From: Raillietiella orientalis
Taxonomy: Eukaryota
Direction: 5' to 3'
DNA: 64,000 bases
Assembly: GCA_036172245.1 (NCBI GenBank)
Contig: JAYWIR010000026.1
Location: 2,232,001-2,296,000 of the forward strand
Part shown: piece after piece, positions 37,227-51,729 of the stretch
Position numbering within the stretch: the stretch's first letter is position 1
How the letters are laid out: every line of letters starts with the position of its first letter
Position numbers and translations under genes: made by a program
Notes under the pieces: generated by a model
Told to the model about the DNA's origin: nothing
Database searches by the model: none
Seen by the model: only the letters and a program-made list of their open reading frames with translations

Positions 37227-40200
37227 CTAATTGGAATGATATTTTTAAAATTACATAATTAACAAGAACATCGATTGATATTGAGAACCAAGAACAATGC
37301 ATACATACAATGATGACTGTAACATATAAAGAAGAAAACTAGAAAGAAATCAAAATATCGTATACTTGAATCGTGAGAGTTGTATGTGTGCTTGAGTTTT
37401 AAATCCTGAATGTCTCTGAAATTAATTATTGAAAATATTACCTAAAACTTCGAGTATGAATCGACGGAGATATTAGCTTCCTCATGTTAAAAAATGATAA
37501 GAGTCTACCATAATCACATATTTTCTTCTATGAATTACACACAAAGGAATGCATTACCTCTATTTATTGTACCAAACTATCATACTACAACGCCAATTTC
37601 TGCCACAAACCAAATTGATGAAATGGTAAGGTGCAACAATTGTACTGTGCATTGAATCAAATTAAACTATTGCATTCATATTGTTCATTATCCATTATAA
37701 AATGTAATCAAGCACCATGAAACTGATAGCCTAAATCAATGAAAAGGAAAATCTCTAGTGAAACAACCTCTAATATTACAATAATAAACAGTCAGCAGTA
37801 ATATTCACCTTGGCCAATACATCAACATTATACTAATTACAATGGATTGTTACAGTACTGTATGACTGCTGCAATGTACCATGAATTTATAAAAATTACA
37901 CATTTCAAGAGTTTTCCATTGCTATGAAATGCTTTCTATTGTATTGTTATATATAAAAAAAAAGTGCTACTTTTCATTGGACTATAAAAGATAACAACAA
38001 GGAACAAAGAATTACAGCACTGTAAATGATCTTTGTATTCATTTAAACAATTCACAGAGAGATTATATTAAGTATTATTTCACTATTTTTGAACACAAAA
38101 ACTTGAAATAAAAAATTATTGGTGATGCCTTTAGTTTTGCAGATCCTAAACTTTCATCATGTGATACAATTTACAATAAAACTGCAACCCAACATTAAGT
38201 ATTGTCACATTGATACTTGTTAATATTATGCACTAAAATTTCAAAAACTATTAACAAATATCAACAACTATCATATTTAGTTTCACACATGATGTTGGAT
38301 TTAAAAAAATTTACCACATATTACATACACTAAAGAACATCAGTATTCTTTAACACACAAAAATTGTATTCATGAAATCATGATCTTCCATAAATCTAAT
38401 GTAAAAACAATGCAAACAGATTAAACTTCCTCTATTTCATGAATAATTCAAGGAAAAATTAAAACTTAGATGTTTAATGAAAGAACTTCCCTTTTGTCAA
38501 ATACTGTTTTAGAACTTAGTGCTGTCCCATGAAGTTCTTTAATAGAGATTTGTTATTACAAAAGCTAAACCTTCATATACATGGTCACTTGCAATTTAAA
38601 AAATTAATGTTTGTTCAGAAATGGTCATTTTCATGTTTTAAGAATTCTGTGTTCAAACACTGGTAGTATTTTTTACCACACAAATATGACAAATATAAAA
38701 TAAATATATAAAAATGTAACACTCAATTTGTAACCAAACTTAAGCTGATAAGTTAGCAATGATTAATGAAAACGTTTAAAGATAGTACAGAAAATTAGGA
38801 GTCTAAACACTCTGAATGTGGTTTCATAGGTATAAACACAAATACAGGTTCACTCAATTTTAGAAAAACACAAAAACACTAGGATGAATTTTATTAAGGG
38901 AGGCACTAATTGGATCAATAGTTGCTCCTAATATGACAGATTTATGAAATGAAAGCATATGCTTGGGGTATGGTCATTTCTTATTTTAAACATTTTCTGG
39001 ATATTGAAGAAAAAAATAAAATTGACATAAGAATGCTGGGAATTCTGTTGAAAGGGACTTTCATATTGATGTTTTACATGAACTATTATTTCATTTTATA
39101 AATAAATTGGTCTGATGATTATCTTACCTTTTCAACAGTATATCTTTAAATACTGGAATGAAGACACAATTTTAAAATATTTGCTGATTCAACAACAATT
39201 TTTGCAACTAAATCTAATAATGAGATGATGTCAACATAGCTGAAAAACATGATGTTAAATGTAGGCAGGCTAAAAGCAAATTTCATAACAATTAAGTACA
39301 CTAACCAGCACCCCCCATGCAAAAATACAGTCACTGTATTGAAAAAACTCCTTAATGATTATTATTACTCTTCAATGATCTTTTGGTGCAACAAAGTTTA
39401 ATTAATAATAACCTGAATAAAAATCCGATAACATATGCAAGATTAATCTTCAAATGGCAAAATTGTTTACAATAAAAGCAGAAACATAAAATGAGTGAAC
39501 AAACTTTGCCAGTATGTTTCTTGGGCAATTGTAATCAGGATTCGTAAATTGGCATAGTACAATTACGCCTATCTAGCTTATGTCTTGTTAACTCATAAGT
39601 AAGCATATTCTCAAAATTAATTTATCCATGAACACAATGGGTGAATTAATTTTACCTCCTAATTATACCTCTTAAAACAAAGTACTTCACATTCGACAAG
39701 CATTTTAAAATCTTTGCATTCAACTAGACATCCATAAAAAAAACAAAAATGTAATAAAAAAAATGAATCATATAAAAATTACATAAACCATTAGTTATAT
39801 GTGGAGGGAACATACTCCTACATGAGCAATGAAGAAACATTGGATTTCGAAGTTGTTAAGATAACCATTAAAGATCTGCTACAGACATAACTTCCTTTTA
39901 AAATGCTGACATGATAAGCATTTAACAATAAATAATCATGGATATACACGATAAAGCACTGTGCATAAAATTTAAAAAGTCTGTAATACATGCTGAATAA
40001 TAATAGCATCAGAACTTTGGTTTCCATGTAAGAAAATGGAATTAACCTCTTCAATTAACTTCAATGATGACTGAAATTTTACATGAACTCTCGAGAATGT
40101 AAATAAAGCATAACTGCAAAATTTAAACTAAAAAACCCATGTTCACTGTCCCCTGCAATGATGAAAGTTTGTCACATGGGAAAATTGTGACAACAAAGAT

Positions 40201-40756
40201 CATCTTTTTGATTACAATCCATTGCATACATCTTCAATCATTTGATACAAAGTTTAAATCTGGGGGCACATGGATTCAGTGTTTAGTAATGCCTACATTT
40301 TTAAGGGGAGTTTGTCAAACGTTAAAATTTGTAGCAAAATTTGCAATTAAAGTCGTCCAACTAATATATCCTAGAAATGAAAAATGCAATGTTCTATTGA
40401 ATAAATACTTTTCACACATATGAACACTTGAAATGTAAATGCCATTTTTTGTCAACTTGTCTGTTTATCCCAACATTCTATAAATTATTTTATCCTCATT
40501 ACCTACCACCTGCTTATTCTGTAAAAGGGAAGAATAATTCTAAAGTCCACAATTGCACTATATAATCCCATGTTCTCATTGGGATTTCCGCACTTTGTTG
40601 AACAAAAAATAACACTCGAGATTCTGTTTTTGTTATATAAGCAAATGAGAACCTGTTCGAATTGCTTTCATGTTTACAAGTTCCTATTCAATTTAAAAAG
40701 CTTCTGTAAACTTTTAGAATGGCAAATTGAAATTATGAATCTGGTTTAATTCATTA

Positions 40757-40816
40757 ACTCCTAAGCATTCAAATTTCAGAATGAATGCAGCACCTGCATC
40801 TTCAATGCTTAGGAGT
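40757..40816. repeat. 60-nt stem-loop with a 13-bp perfect outer stem and an inner 6-bp hairpin
   Basis: ACTCCTAAGCATT pairs with AATGCTTAGGAGT; inner ATGCAG-CAC-CTGCAT. Confidence 0.8.
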
Positions 40817-43800
40817 AATCAGCTATACAATCCAAAGTGCGATCACATTAATAAGGAGCTTTGCTAAGACACTGATGTGCCAATCTAAAGACTCATAATC
40901 TTTGATTACTTCAGTGCTGCCTGCAACCTTTGATCCATATAAATACTGGAGCACAAAATTTCAAGTGATATTACAATTATTAATACTTTGACTCAATCAA
41001 TACTACTCATTGATCTATGATGATTTTCCACTTATTTTTCTTTTATTACTAGTGTTGTCCATTATTGCCATTTGTAGCAAATATATCTTATCTCACTTGA
41101 TTTTTCTTATTTCAAGCATTTCATGGAACTTTGGAATTGCAAAAGGATGTATAGTTATAACTTCAAATTCATTATGGCCATTTACTGCTGATACCAAAAT
41201 AACAGTTTTTTTATTATTCCTGCAAGGTAGTATATTTATGTGCACTGCAAGTCTTTCATTCCTTAAGTTTCTTCAAGATAATGCATAACAAGAAGAACAT
41301 GGAGGATCCATAATTGTTCTCGAGAATTATGAATCACATGCAATATGTAGATTCGGTAAATAAATATGAAGAACCACTGACTGGTACTCTACTTTAAAAG
41401 AGTTTTTTGAATGGCTTTTTTTTATTAACTTTTAAAAGTTTTTTTTTTTCCAAAACACTTGATTCTGAAATATTTATTATTTCGTAGTACTTTCAACAAA
41501 ATACTGGCTATGCTGCAAATACGGCAATGCCTACAGAGAGTGGTGACCTTTTGAGTGCTTTTATAATGAGAATTTATAAGGACAAGTAGTGAATGTGCAT
41601 GTAAAACACAAGTGAGTTACATAAACGCTAATTCTAAGGAAATAAGATTTATTGGTTAAAGGGATTTCATAGAAAAAAATTTCTGCATATCTGGAAAGAC
41701 CAAGTGGACAAGTGTACAACCAAATTTACTATGACTTGCATACATTACCTTGAAAATAAGAATTAGATTTAATGTAATCTCAGATTGCATAACATTAAGC
41801 TCTTAAATGGAAACGTTATTTTTTAGAGCACAAGCCTCAAACTGAACACTTCTTCACTTGAGTCATGATTAGTAAACAAAAGTGATCATACTTTTTTTAG
41901 CAAACAAAAGTGAATGCAAATTCCTCTAATTCAAATACCCAATTCGATTGGATATGACCTGAGATTGCATACTTCACAACAGAAAAGTAAAGATTCAATC
42001 CAAAACTGCAAACAATTTAGTGAGAATAATCCAGAAATGCAACATGCCAGTTCACAATGACAATTAACTGATCCTGAATAGACTGAAGACAGTATGACAC
42101 AAATCATTGACTTGGAAAACTTTCTGAATCTCAAAACAACAAAGACATTCAGCTATAAATAGTGATGAACATTGCAACCCAAATGAGTATTCTACATAAA
42201 AGATTGCTTCAAACAAAAGCAATAATTTACATATGAATGTACACAATGTTACACTCTAGAAAATTATAAAACTTGTGACTTGACATTGGGCTTAAACAAT
42301 CAGCTGATGCATAAGACTCTGCACTGAAAAAGCAAAAACTGAACCAATCCTTCAGAAGATTATGATATCCATGAAGATAGCCTCTCATATATTTTACAAA
42401 GATGGAAACAAACAATCTAGCTCACATGTACTACGAACTCTCTGCTTTTACACAGATTGGGGAGATCAGCAAAACCTGAAGATATTCTAATCACCAGGTT
42501 TACCAATAAGTAGAATACTAAGCTACTATGTAGGGTGAGAAATTGTTACTTATATTATGGATATGTCAATACTGCTGTGATGTCCATGACACATATGAAT
42601 CCACAAAGGATCAGAAAAAATGAAACACACATCAAGAAAACAACATTTACAGGGAACCACAATAGAAGCTCTAGGATAGAAATTCCAGAAATTGTGGTCA
42701 AATGCTATAAGTAATCTGCTCTGCAACTATGACATTATTGCAAATATTTCACCAATACAATCCATTCCGATCTTAAAACACAACTGCTGAAGATATAAGT
42801 AATATACGAAGTATTTCCCTTTTAAAATGCAAATACTTCAATATACTAATCGTTTTGCGCAATAATTTTAAAAGCTGTTTATAATTCAACGGAGTCTATC
42901 TTAAACTTTCATTTTCCAATATTCATCCCATGATGTGGTAATTACTGACCTGGAAAAATTTAGGAATTTTTCTAATATGCTTTAAAATACACAAGGATTT
43001 AAGTTTCGGTTTTTTGCAATATACTTCTCCTTTTCACTCTGCAATTAATAATCGTTTTGGCTTACAAATTCTGTTTTACGATTTACACAAAATTGCACGA
43101 AAATAACACACAAAAATCACAATATAGCTCACAAAACAAAACAACCAAACGGTTGCTGGAAACCAATTCCAATTTTTGGAGTATACCATTCATTTCAGCA
43201 TGATAGAGAGAAGCACAACACATTTCTATCATTACAATTCTCCTATTGTGAAATGCAACTATAGCAAGCATCTCATTTCATTCAAACAAAATACAGCTCA
43301 ATGCAAACTTTGATAAATTTGCCACTATTGCTAACGAAACATCCAGATCTACTTTAAATACGTTAAAGAACTAGGAAAATCCATTTCTAAAACTTTTCAT
43401 AACAGCATGGGCTGAAACGAACTATGCTGACTCACTTTAGCTCGCCATGAAATTCGTCTATTAATTGCATTATTTAAGCTGCAAATACGACAGCATTTGC
43501 AAACACTACGTGTCAACACTTTCATTCAAACCACAATCCACACTTCATTTCTAAATGCTAACTGAATTCATCACTCGAACCAACAACAACTAATATTTGC
43601 ACAATGTCACCTGAAACGGGAGATAAATCAAGAGTTCAATGGTGCCAACACTCAAGTATGAAACGAAATTATTTCAAAACTCAAGAGCTTAATTGTGAAA
43701 CAAACCTTTGATATGATTAATTAATAACAAACTTACTTTGAAATTTATCATGTAACCAAATAAAAATAATAAAATGAAACAAATAAAAAGTTAAACCGGA

Positions 43801-46800
43801 AACTGTGCAATTCGTAGGTCACCAGAAACAATCAAGTACGTTAGTATGCTTTCATATCATAATGTAAATAGACTTTTCACTTCAGAAAAGGATTAATATT
43901 CATGTATTACAGCTCATTAGTTTCTATAAATACAGAACGTGTTGCTATTTTTTTGGAGCACGTTTCAAAAGATTAACGTAGATATTCTTACAAATTCACT
44001 GAAACGCTAAACTATTTGCCAAACAAAAGGATGAAATCGTGAACTATGAAGGAAAATACAACTCGGAAATGTAATTCCAAGGTGATGTTTCCACAGTTCT
44101 AATTTCTTTAGTTTATCTGATTGTTGATAATTTTTAAGTGTGATGCTATTATAGTCATATCACGGTGATAATCGAGTGTGACAACTTGGATGATGAACTT
44201 ATGTATATGTATTTAAATCGCTTACGTATTGTGACTTTTTCAATTAGTCGAGTTAAGAAATAATTATTAATCCTAACGATTCTTACACAGATATCTTTCA
44301 AGAGAATATATGAGAATGCTTATAATATAATATTATTTGCATTCATTATGCTGAGTTCTTACCATGGTGTGCTACAATAATGGGTATGTCCTAAATAAGT
44401 AAATAAATAGAGTAATGGGAAAAAATTCAGTTTAAATGGAACCGATATGATTTCGTAGCTTTCATCGTAAATGCAAAATTGGGTTTATTAGTACAATAAC
44501 ATACAAGATGAGCAATAAAGTATTTTTTAAAAACAATACTCAAAGTCATGTATCTATATACTGGAACTGAAAATGTAGTTCTAAACTTCAGAATATTGCA
44601 TTATGAATTTAAACAAAATGTATTGTCAAATAATGAAATTCAGAAAGAATTCAACTCAATGATTTTCTTTACATTTCTTAGAACTTGAAGCATCCCCCAA
44701 ATTTATGCCGTTAGTTTTACTGAATGTATAAGACGATAAAGCAAAGCTTTAAGTTGCTGAAACTGTTTACCAAACTTTTACGGTGCAAATTTCACTTCAT
44801 TCAGTATGTATTCAATACTTTCAGGAATGACTGCGAGAATATGAAGATTTTCTTAGGCTTTGAGTTCCCCATTATTTAAATTTTACAGCAATCTGTAAAC
44901 TCAATCTGGGATACCAAAAGGAAAGATAATAGAAATAGTGCGTAAAAAATTGTAACAAATTGTTAGCCTGTTGATCATTGGAAAAAGTATGCTGGAAACT
45001 TGTGTACTAGTTGCTTTATTTTGTTAATAAGGCTACTAGTGCACTTTATTTTGTCAATCAGATTTTATTATTTTCGAAGTTTTCTAAAGCCACTTGTTTT
45101 CCTTTTCATCCCTGAAAATTTGTAACAGATGTCATTATCACATAAATCAAATATATTCATTCAAAAAAATCTTCGCCAGTTACCACTAAGGCTATCAAAT
45201 GTTTTTTTCTTTATTTAGTTCTTTGTTGACTATCCGATATATGAATATATCCAAGCACTATCTCGAATCTTTTAACTTACCAGTGGCTTTTATCCCTCGA
45301 AGTTTCCCACTGACGTGAATTTCCTTTCATCTGGTACTTGAATTAGCAATCGCACAAGTCAGCTTTCCATTGCACTTCAGCTACAGATCTCATTTTCTAA
45401 GTCATCAGCTTTCTCCTGCTTACTCGTATAAAGGGGGAGTGAGGTCATGTGGTAAGTAGCAAGGAAATTACCCAGTGGCAAAAAGCTAATTATGTGTTTC
45501 AAAAAGGGTAATATTTTTTTATTGCTCAGTGAATTTGATTCATCAAGCTAAGTGGTATGAAGCAAACTTTAAAGAGCTGCAATATATTATGAACTTTGCT
45601 TTGTTTGGAACTTTTTTTTGCATGAAATATGCAGTCTTGTAAGTTACAGCTGATTGTAGGAATTTTCTATTAAGCTTGGTTAACAAAGCAACAAAAGCTA
45701 GTTCATATTAATCACAGAATCAAAAAAAACAGAAAATATTACTAAATTTAAAGATCAAATAGAACAAAAATAAACTCTTACAGGAAAAAGGACAATTTTT
45801 TTTTTGATGAAATAAACAAAATCAGTCCATGATATATGGAGAAGTTGGTAAGTAAATGTTTTCAATGAAATTTGCTCGAATATGCATATGCAACTTTTTG
45901 CATACAGGTTTTCCTCAGAATGAATCATAAAATTTCATTTTTGAGTCGGGTGTTTATCATTCTTTCTTCTTTTTTTCTTTTCTGAGATTCTTTGTGTTTC
46001 ATTTCTTCACGGTTGACGGTGCAAACTTGTATACCGTGACCATTATTTAGATAATTTCATATTATTTACTATAAAAATCCGCAGATTTTTGTTTTCCTGT
46101 TCCTGACACGGTATTTCATGCATGTCCTAGAGTGCTTCTGTCGGCTCCCCGTTTGACTTATCAAAAAACATGCTGAAAGAAAGCACAATTAAACCAAAAA
46201 GTCTCATCGACAAATATCCAATGGCATCAGTGTCCGACGCATACAGGACATTAGACATCTTAGAAGTCATGCGCAAAAATCTGTTGATTAATATGACACT
46301 GAAGCCGCAATGATGAATCTGAATACACATAAACAATTAATGCTACTGAGCACAATTCAAGTCACACGTTGTATACAGAATATCCAAAGAATTAAGGGAT
46401 GGCAACACTGTGCAGTGTCTGCAGAAATATCAGTAACTAAAACAGGGGAAATATCTCATAGTCAAGTGCTTATGTCGTCATTCAGTTTCTAAAATTAAAT
46501 GGCATTCTCTTAATCCAATGAAACCATCTGAGTTGCCATCCGAATATTCAGTTTGGTCCTTTCAGTAGTCTCTTAAAGCTGGAAAAAACTTGCAGACTAA
46601 ATGAATCGAATCGTTAAAAAGAAAAATGAAAATTCCCTGAAAAATGATAGTAGAAAGTTGGATCACAAAGACGGAATTACAAAAGGAAAAATACTTCTTT
46701 TAAATTGTTTGTTTGTTTCGTGTTGATCTGAGACGTAAACAAGAAATCTCCAGAAATCTTTTTTTGTATTGTTTTTTTTTGTGTGCTACAACCATGCTGT

Positions 46801-46826
46801 CTTCGTTCTGGTATTCCTCCATACTA

Positions 46827-46871
46827 TGAGGCGAGCTGCGGCTGCCTCGCCTACGGATTAAGCTCGCCTCA
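46827..46871. repeat. GC-rich inverted repeat with an 11-bp perfect stem
   Basis: TGAGGCGAGCT ... AGCTCGCCTCA with a 23-nt spacer, in AT-rich surroundings. Confidence 0.75.
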
Positions 46872-49729
46872 GCCACTTTCGAGGTTTCGCTGCAAACGGC
46901 TATTTTTTATTTTTTTAAAAAGAAGCAGTAATATGTCCGTAGGATGCTAAAAATACAGTTGAAGATGTAAAGCCCGAGTTTTGTTATTTTTTGTGAGCTG
47001 CTGATCGAACTGTGCTGTGGTAAGCTACATATTTTGGTGCATTGCCTCCTATACGTATTCAAAGTTCAGAGTGAAATGTTTCATGGGAAAATTTCACTAC
47101 GGCTGACTTGGCCGTCGGGAAATCTCTACTTTTTGGAAGGCTGTATCCAGTGGAAGCGCTTGGTACGTTTGTACAGTTCGGTGTTTCATTTTTGACACAA
47201 ACTGCCCGATGGGAAAAGAAGTCTGCATGAAGTACCTTTTTTTTTTTTGTTCCAAATTGTGTATCATTCGTTGAAATACGATTCTGGGGTTAAATATTTC
47301 GTTTGTGGAAGGTTTCGGAATCGTTCCCCAAAACTGGATCTCTCTCTGGTTCTGATCCTCCTGCCGTGATCATTCATTCATTTTGTCAACCCTACCGTTC
47401 TTTTGTCTTAGTTTATTAATTACAGACATTGGTCTATGATAATTCGCGAGCTAGGTGAACCAGAATGAAAGCGCGGTATTTGTGATTTTTATATTATTAT
47501 TCTGCTCAAATGCTTTAAAACAGGAACCGAAATCTATTAGTTGCGTTCTCTAACCACGTGTAGGTATCACTACAATTGGTTAAGGGTTGTACGAAACCCC
47601 ACGTGGAAACTTGTAAGACTCACTATTGTATTAGGTGTCCTGGAATCCTGTTGGAATTATGAATAATGAAGTATATTTGGAATAATGAATGTACGTGTGA
47701 TTTGAAACTTGATGAAAAAGATAGCAAACTTGATAAAGAGCAGACCCAAAGAAACTTTTTCCAAATGGTATGGTTATTCAAGAGAAAGTCAGAATTTCTC
47801 TTGGAGATTAAGATTATAAAGAGATGACTCAGCATTGATATCCTGAAAAATTCGCTGGTTTGAATGCTTTAGGAAATTCGGTTTTCATAATTTTAGAGTT
47901 CTTGGTGCTGGTGCTGACTCAGGCAGCAAAAGCATATCCTAAGTGTTAGCTGTGACCAGGATTGACATGTAGCCATATAAAGAGTAAAGAACCTAGTGTA
48001 GCCTAGTGTCAAGGTCTGATCTTCAGTTTTTAGCATTATTGAAAGAAAACTGTTTATTCAGCTGGCCCATGAAATACAGCAAGGAGGTGCCAATGATTTG
48101 AGCATTCCAGATTTCATCACCGCAAATGTGTCAAGAATGTTTCATGGAAGCTGCAAGAGGATTTGGCCATAATGAGTAATGAGGGGAAAAATTCTTCATT
48201 TGTAATTCTAGGAAATTTAGGATCTGAAATTAAAAAATTGTTAAAACTTGAAAGGGATAAACTATGGGTTGTTCTCCCATAGTGAGGCCATTTACCTCAC
48301 TACGAGAAAACTGAGTTTAGAATTGCTTGAGTGAGCACAGCTTCGGTATAGAGGGAGAGAGATTAGAGGCCAATGTTAATTTAAATGATGAAATGCACTT
48401 GATTCCAAAATGGATCTTGTATTGAATCAGAGTTCATATTTGTTAAGTGCAGCAGATTCACCCTGCACACTTAACTGGATAGATTCTTTGGGAAAAGTCT
48501 GGTATGAATTCCAAGAAAAACTTGTGCAAAAGTCACTGTTGGTGTATGTTGGATGTTAGCAATATCTTTACAGACCTTGAGTAGCTAATTTCTTAACAAA
48601 GCTGTTATACCTTATAGCTCTGCAAAAGTATCTGTTGTTTTAGTGATATTTTTGATTGTGCATCTGTTATCTGTTGGCATGTGCTAATGCATGCTCTTGT
48701 CTTCCATGTTACATAATCTGTCATATATTCTGATAGTTGCTCACCCATTTAATCTGATATATATATTTCAAAAGTCTGGATCTGGGATTACATAGACAAG
48801 AAAATCAGTTTTTATTCTTTCTAAAAGAACTGTGTATTTATTATCAGTTTTCACCAAATATGGTGTTTCTTTCCAAAAGGCTTTCTAATGTCTAAAAGCA
48901 GGCACAGATGTGCATTCATGTGCATTTGTGCTCTTGTTATAGTCTCAAGTCCTTTTATTCACCATGACTGTAAAATTGCTTGTTGAGTCCATGCTTAAGT
49001 GATTATGGAAGGTTTGAAATTAAATAGAAAGCTCATGCCTTTGGAGAAGATGAATAGCGTTATCATAAGTTGTTTTTGAAAATCTGTTACTTGGTGCCAC
49101 ATATCTAAAAAAATTTGATGAGAATTTGGTCATCAAAGTTAACTTATAAATGTAAGTTTGGAGATTATGAAGGAACAAAATTGTTGGCAGAATAGAGGTA
49201 TGCATATGATTTCCTTTTCCTGAAAGTCATGTTATCCTACAAATCAGTAGTTATATTTTAACTTTCCCTGTAACACAAAGATTGCTGAGGCAGATGACCT
49301 CCATTTTAAATGTACAAATGGATCTGCTGTAGTCTGAACTATAAAACATGGCAACAGAAGGCAGTGGACACTCGGATGGGGTGTTACAGACATCAGTCCA
49401 GAGTTGTTTGGTCTAATCTGTCACCTCCTAAGACTTTGGAGGAAGCCGTTGTGACTTCAGTAACTGCAGTGCTGTTTTTCCTCGAGGAAGGAAAATGACA
49501 ACAGCAATGGAACTGTTTTCCTGCTCCTAAATGGGAATAACTAAACTCCCAGGCATTTGATAGACAAGGCAGCTGGCTGATATGATAAGCCCTGGTTGTT
49601 GAGCAAAAAAACTGTTGTGGTAGGCAGATCTGCAGATCATTCTGCCACAAGAATCGGTGATCCCCCCATCTCACTACTTTCACTCAATTAGCAGTCAACG
49701 TCAGTGCTCTTTTTGCATTCAAGTCTCTC

Positions 49730-50100
49730 ATGCAAGGGATACTGCCACCACTGGATAAATGACATATTTCCAAACCATCTCAGGTGAAGTAGGATCATTC
49801 CCACACTGGCTAGTGAGCTGTAGTGGCCCAAAAAGCAGTTGGCAGTGCCTTGAGGGAGCCCTGCAACGAACCCAGGAAGTCATCACAATTATCTCACAAA
49901 TGTAGTGGGAGGGCACCACATGGATAGCAGTGAAGGATCTCATTAAAGTTTCAAGTCTACTATGTAAAGATATGGTGCAGTAAACCAATGTCCCTTCCCT
50001 CCCACCATTTGTCTCATTGTCTTTTGGATCCATTCCATCTTCACAGTGACTGATCAGTGAGTTGATGGCTCCTCTCCAAAGAATCATAGGATCCATTGCT
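49730..50100 (-). mobile_element. Possible highly decayed LINE RT remnant
   Basis: GREGTLVYCTISLHSRLETLMRSF resembles KG...NYRPISL.S...KL.ER. GC content rises locally. Confidence 0.28.
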
Positions 50101-50896
50101 TTACTTATGCATGTTGACTGATATCAATAAACTTCCAGTGTAACAGGGTGGAAACCACTTGACATCAAATTGTCACCAAATGGATACCTAGTGCTTATTT
50201 AGTTACTTACAATTTTGAAACCAATAAGGGACAAATTAACTAAACTACATATTCCCCAAATTTTCAATTGCATTGGTTCAAAAAAAAAAAATGAAAAAAT
50301 GAAAAAACTGGGCATAAGGCAAAGTAGAAAGTAATCCTGTACTTTTAATCATTGATTTCCAGGAATACTTAAAGCCTGCAGGTCTACTGTACTAAAATAC
50401 ACAGTAATTTTGACAGCTTTTGGATATGCATTTTATTCTGCCATGCCTAATTAGATTATCCTTTGTTCTGATATATGTAATATGCACTAACTTTTCTCCA
50501 ACAATGTATACATACACAAGTATAAGTACTGTGAATGAAAAGCAAACCTACAAAGCATTGCATTTTTAATCAAATAATAATCATGCAATTTCAATGCAGA
50601 CACAATTTCTTTCCATTAAGGATGCAAGTTGTACAATAAATCCCTCAAATCATCAATATGAGTTTAAAAAATTTTCAGGTACATATTTACTGTTTATTTT
50701 CTGGATTTAAATCCATTCTGATACAAATGTTAAATTCTGAAAAATTTCATGATAGTTTTATATATATATCTTCACAAAAATTGGCATCCTGAGAATCAAA
50801 AGACAATTACACTTTCAATGAAGTCAAGAATGATGTTGCTTTCTTGCCTATACAGTGCTATGAAATGCTCATGACACACTATTATTTGCATAATTT

Positions 50897-51729
50897 TTAT
50901 TGTGTCCCTCTTATTTGCTGACTTAGCCATTCCATACCTTCCACAAGCCCTTCACCACTTAATGCATTTGTGGCACATATATACCATGGTTTATCACTGA
51001 TGTTTTTTAAGTCTAAACATGTAGAAATTTTTATAACTGTGGCAGAATTGTCTACATCCATTTTGTTTGCCAAAAAAAGAATTGGAATTTTTTTGGATCT
51101 GATGTCAGCATGTTTAAGCATGAGATCTAATTCTTCTTTTGCAACTACAAGGCGTAGAACATCACTACTATCAATCACAAAAATTATCCCATGACACTGC
51201 TTGTAATAATGTTCCCATAATGTTCTGTATCGTCCTTGGCCTGCCATGTCAAATATGGTCACATTAAAGTTGCTTACTAAAAGCATTTTACAAAATACAC
51301 AACTGTAAGTTCTATTAAACAGAAATGAGTATCAAAGGAGAATGCTAACATGCATGCTCTTGCACTTTCAATGATACAAGTGTTGGTGCCAGAAAACAAG
51401 AAACCAAAGGCTGTAATGTAAATTTCAATAATTCTATCCCATGCAAGCTCAACTATGTTTTTATTTTTATAAAATTAGAAGTTTGTGACTAAGTGGTGGC
51501 CAGGTGATCAGTGCAATTTAAGAACTGGTTTCTTAACAGTTAATACATTACTTTTAATGTTTTCAACACTGAAGCCAACAGTTGGAACGACTTCGTCTGC
51601 CTTTGTTTCTGGAGATTTAAAATAATTTACTATTGTTGACTTCCCACTATTATCAAGTCCTAATATCACCAGAGAAATTTCCTTTTTTTTAAAGGTAAAC
51701 AAATTTATAATTTTTTCCAGTATCCCCAT
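50897..51729 (-). CDS. ARL6: ADP-ribosylation factor-like 6 (BBS3); exons 51729-51552 and 51276-50897 (185 aa)
   Basis: MG start, [10 protein letters not shown]-loop, [53 protein letters not shown] and [17 protein letters not shown]. One 275-nt GT-AG intron; 558 nt in frame. Confidence 0.96.
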
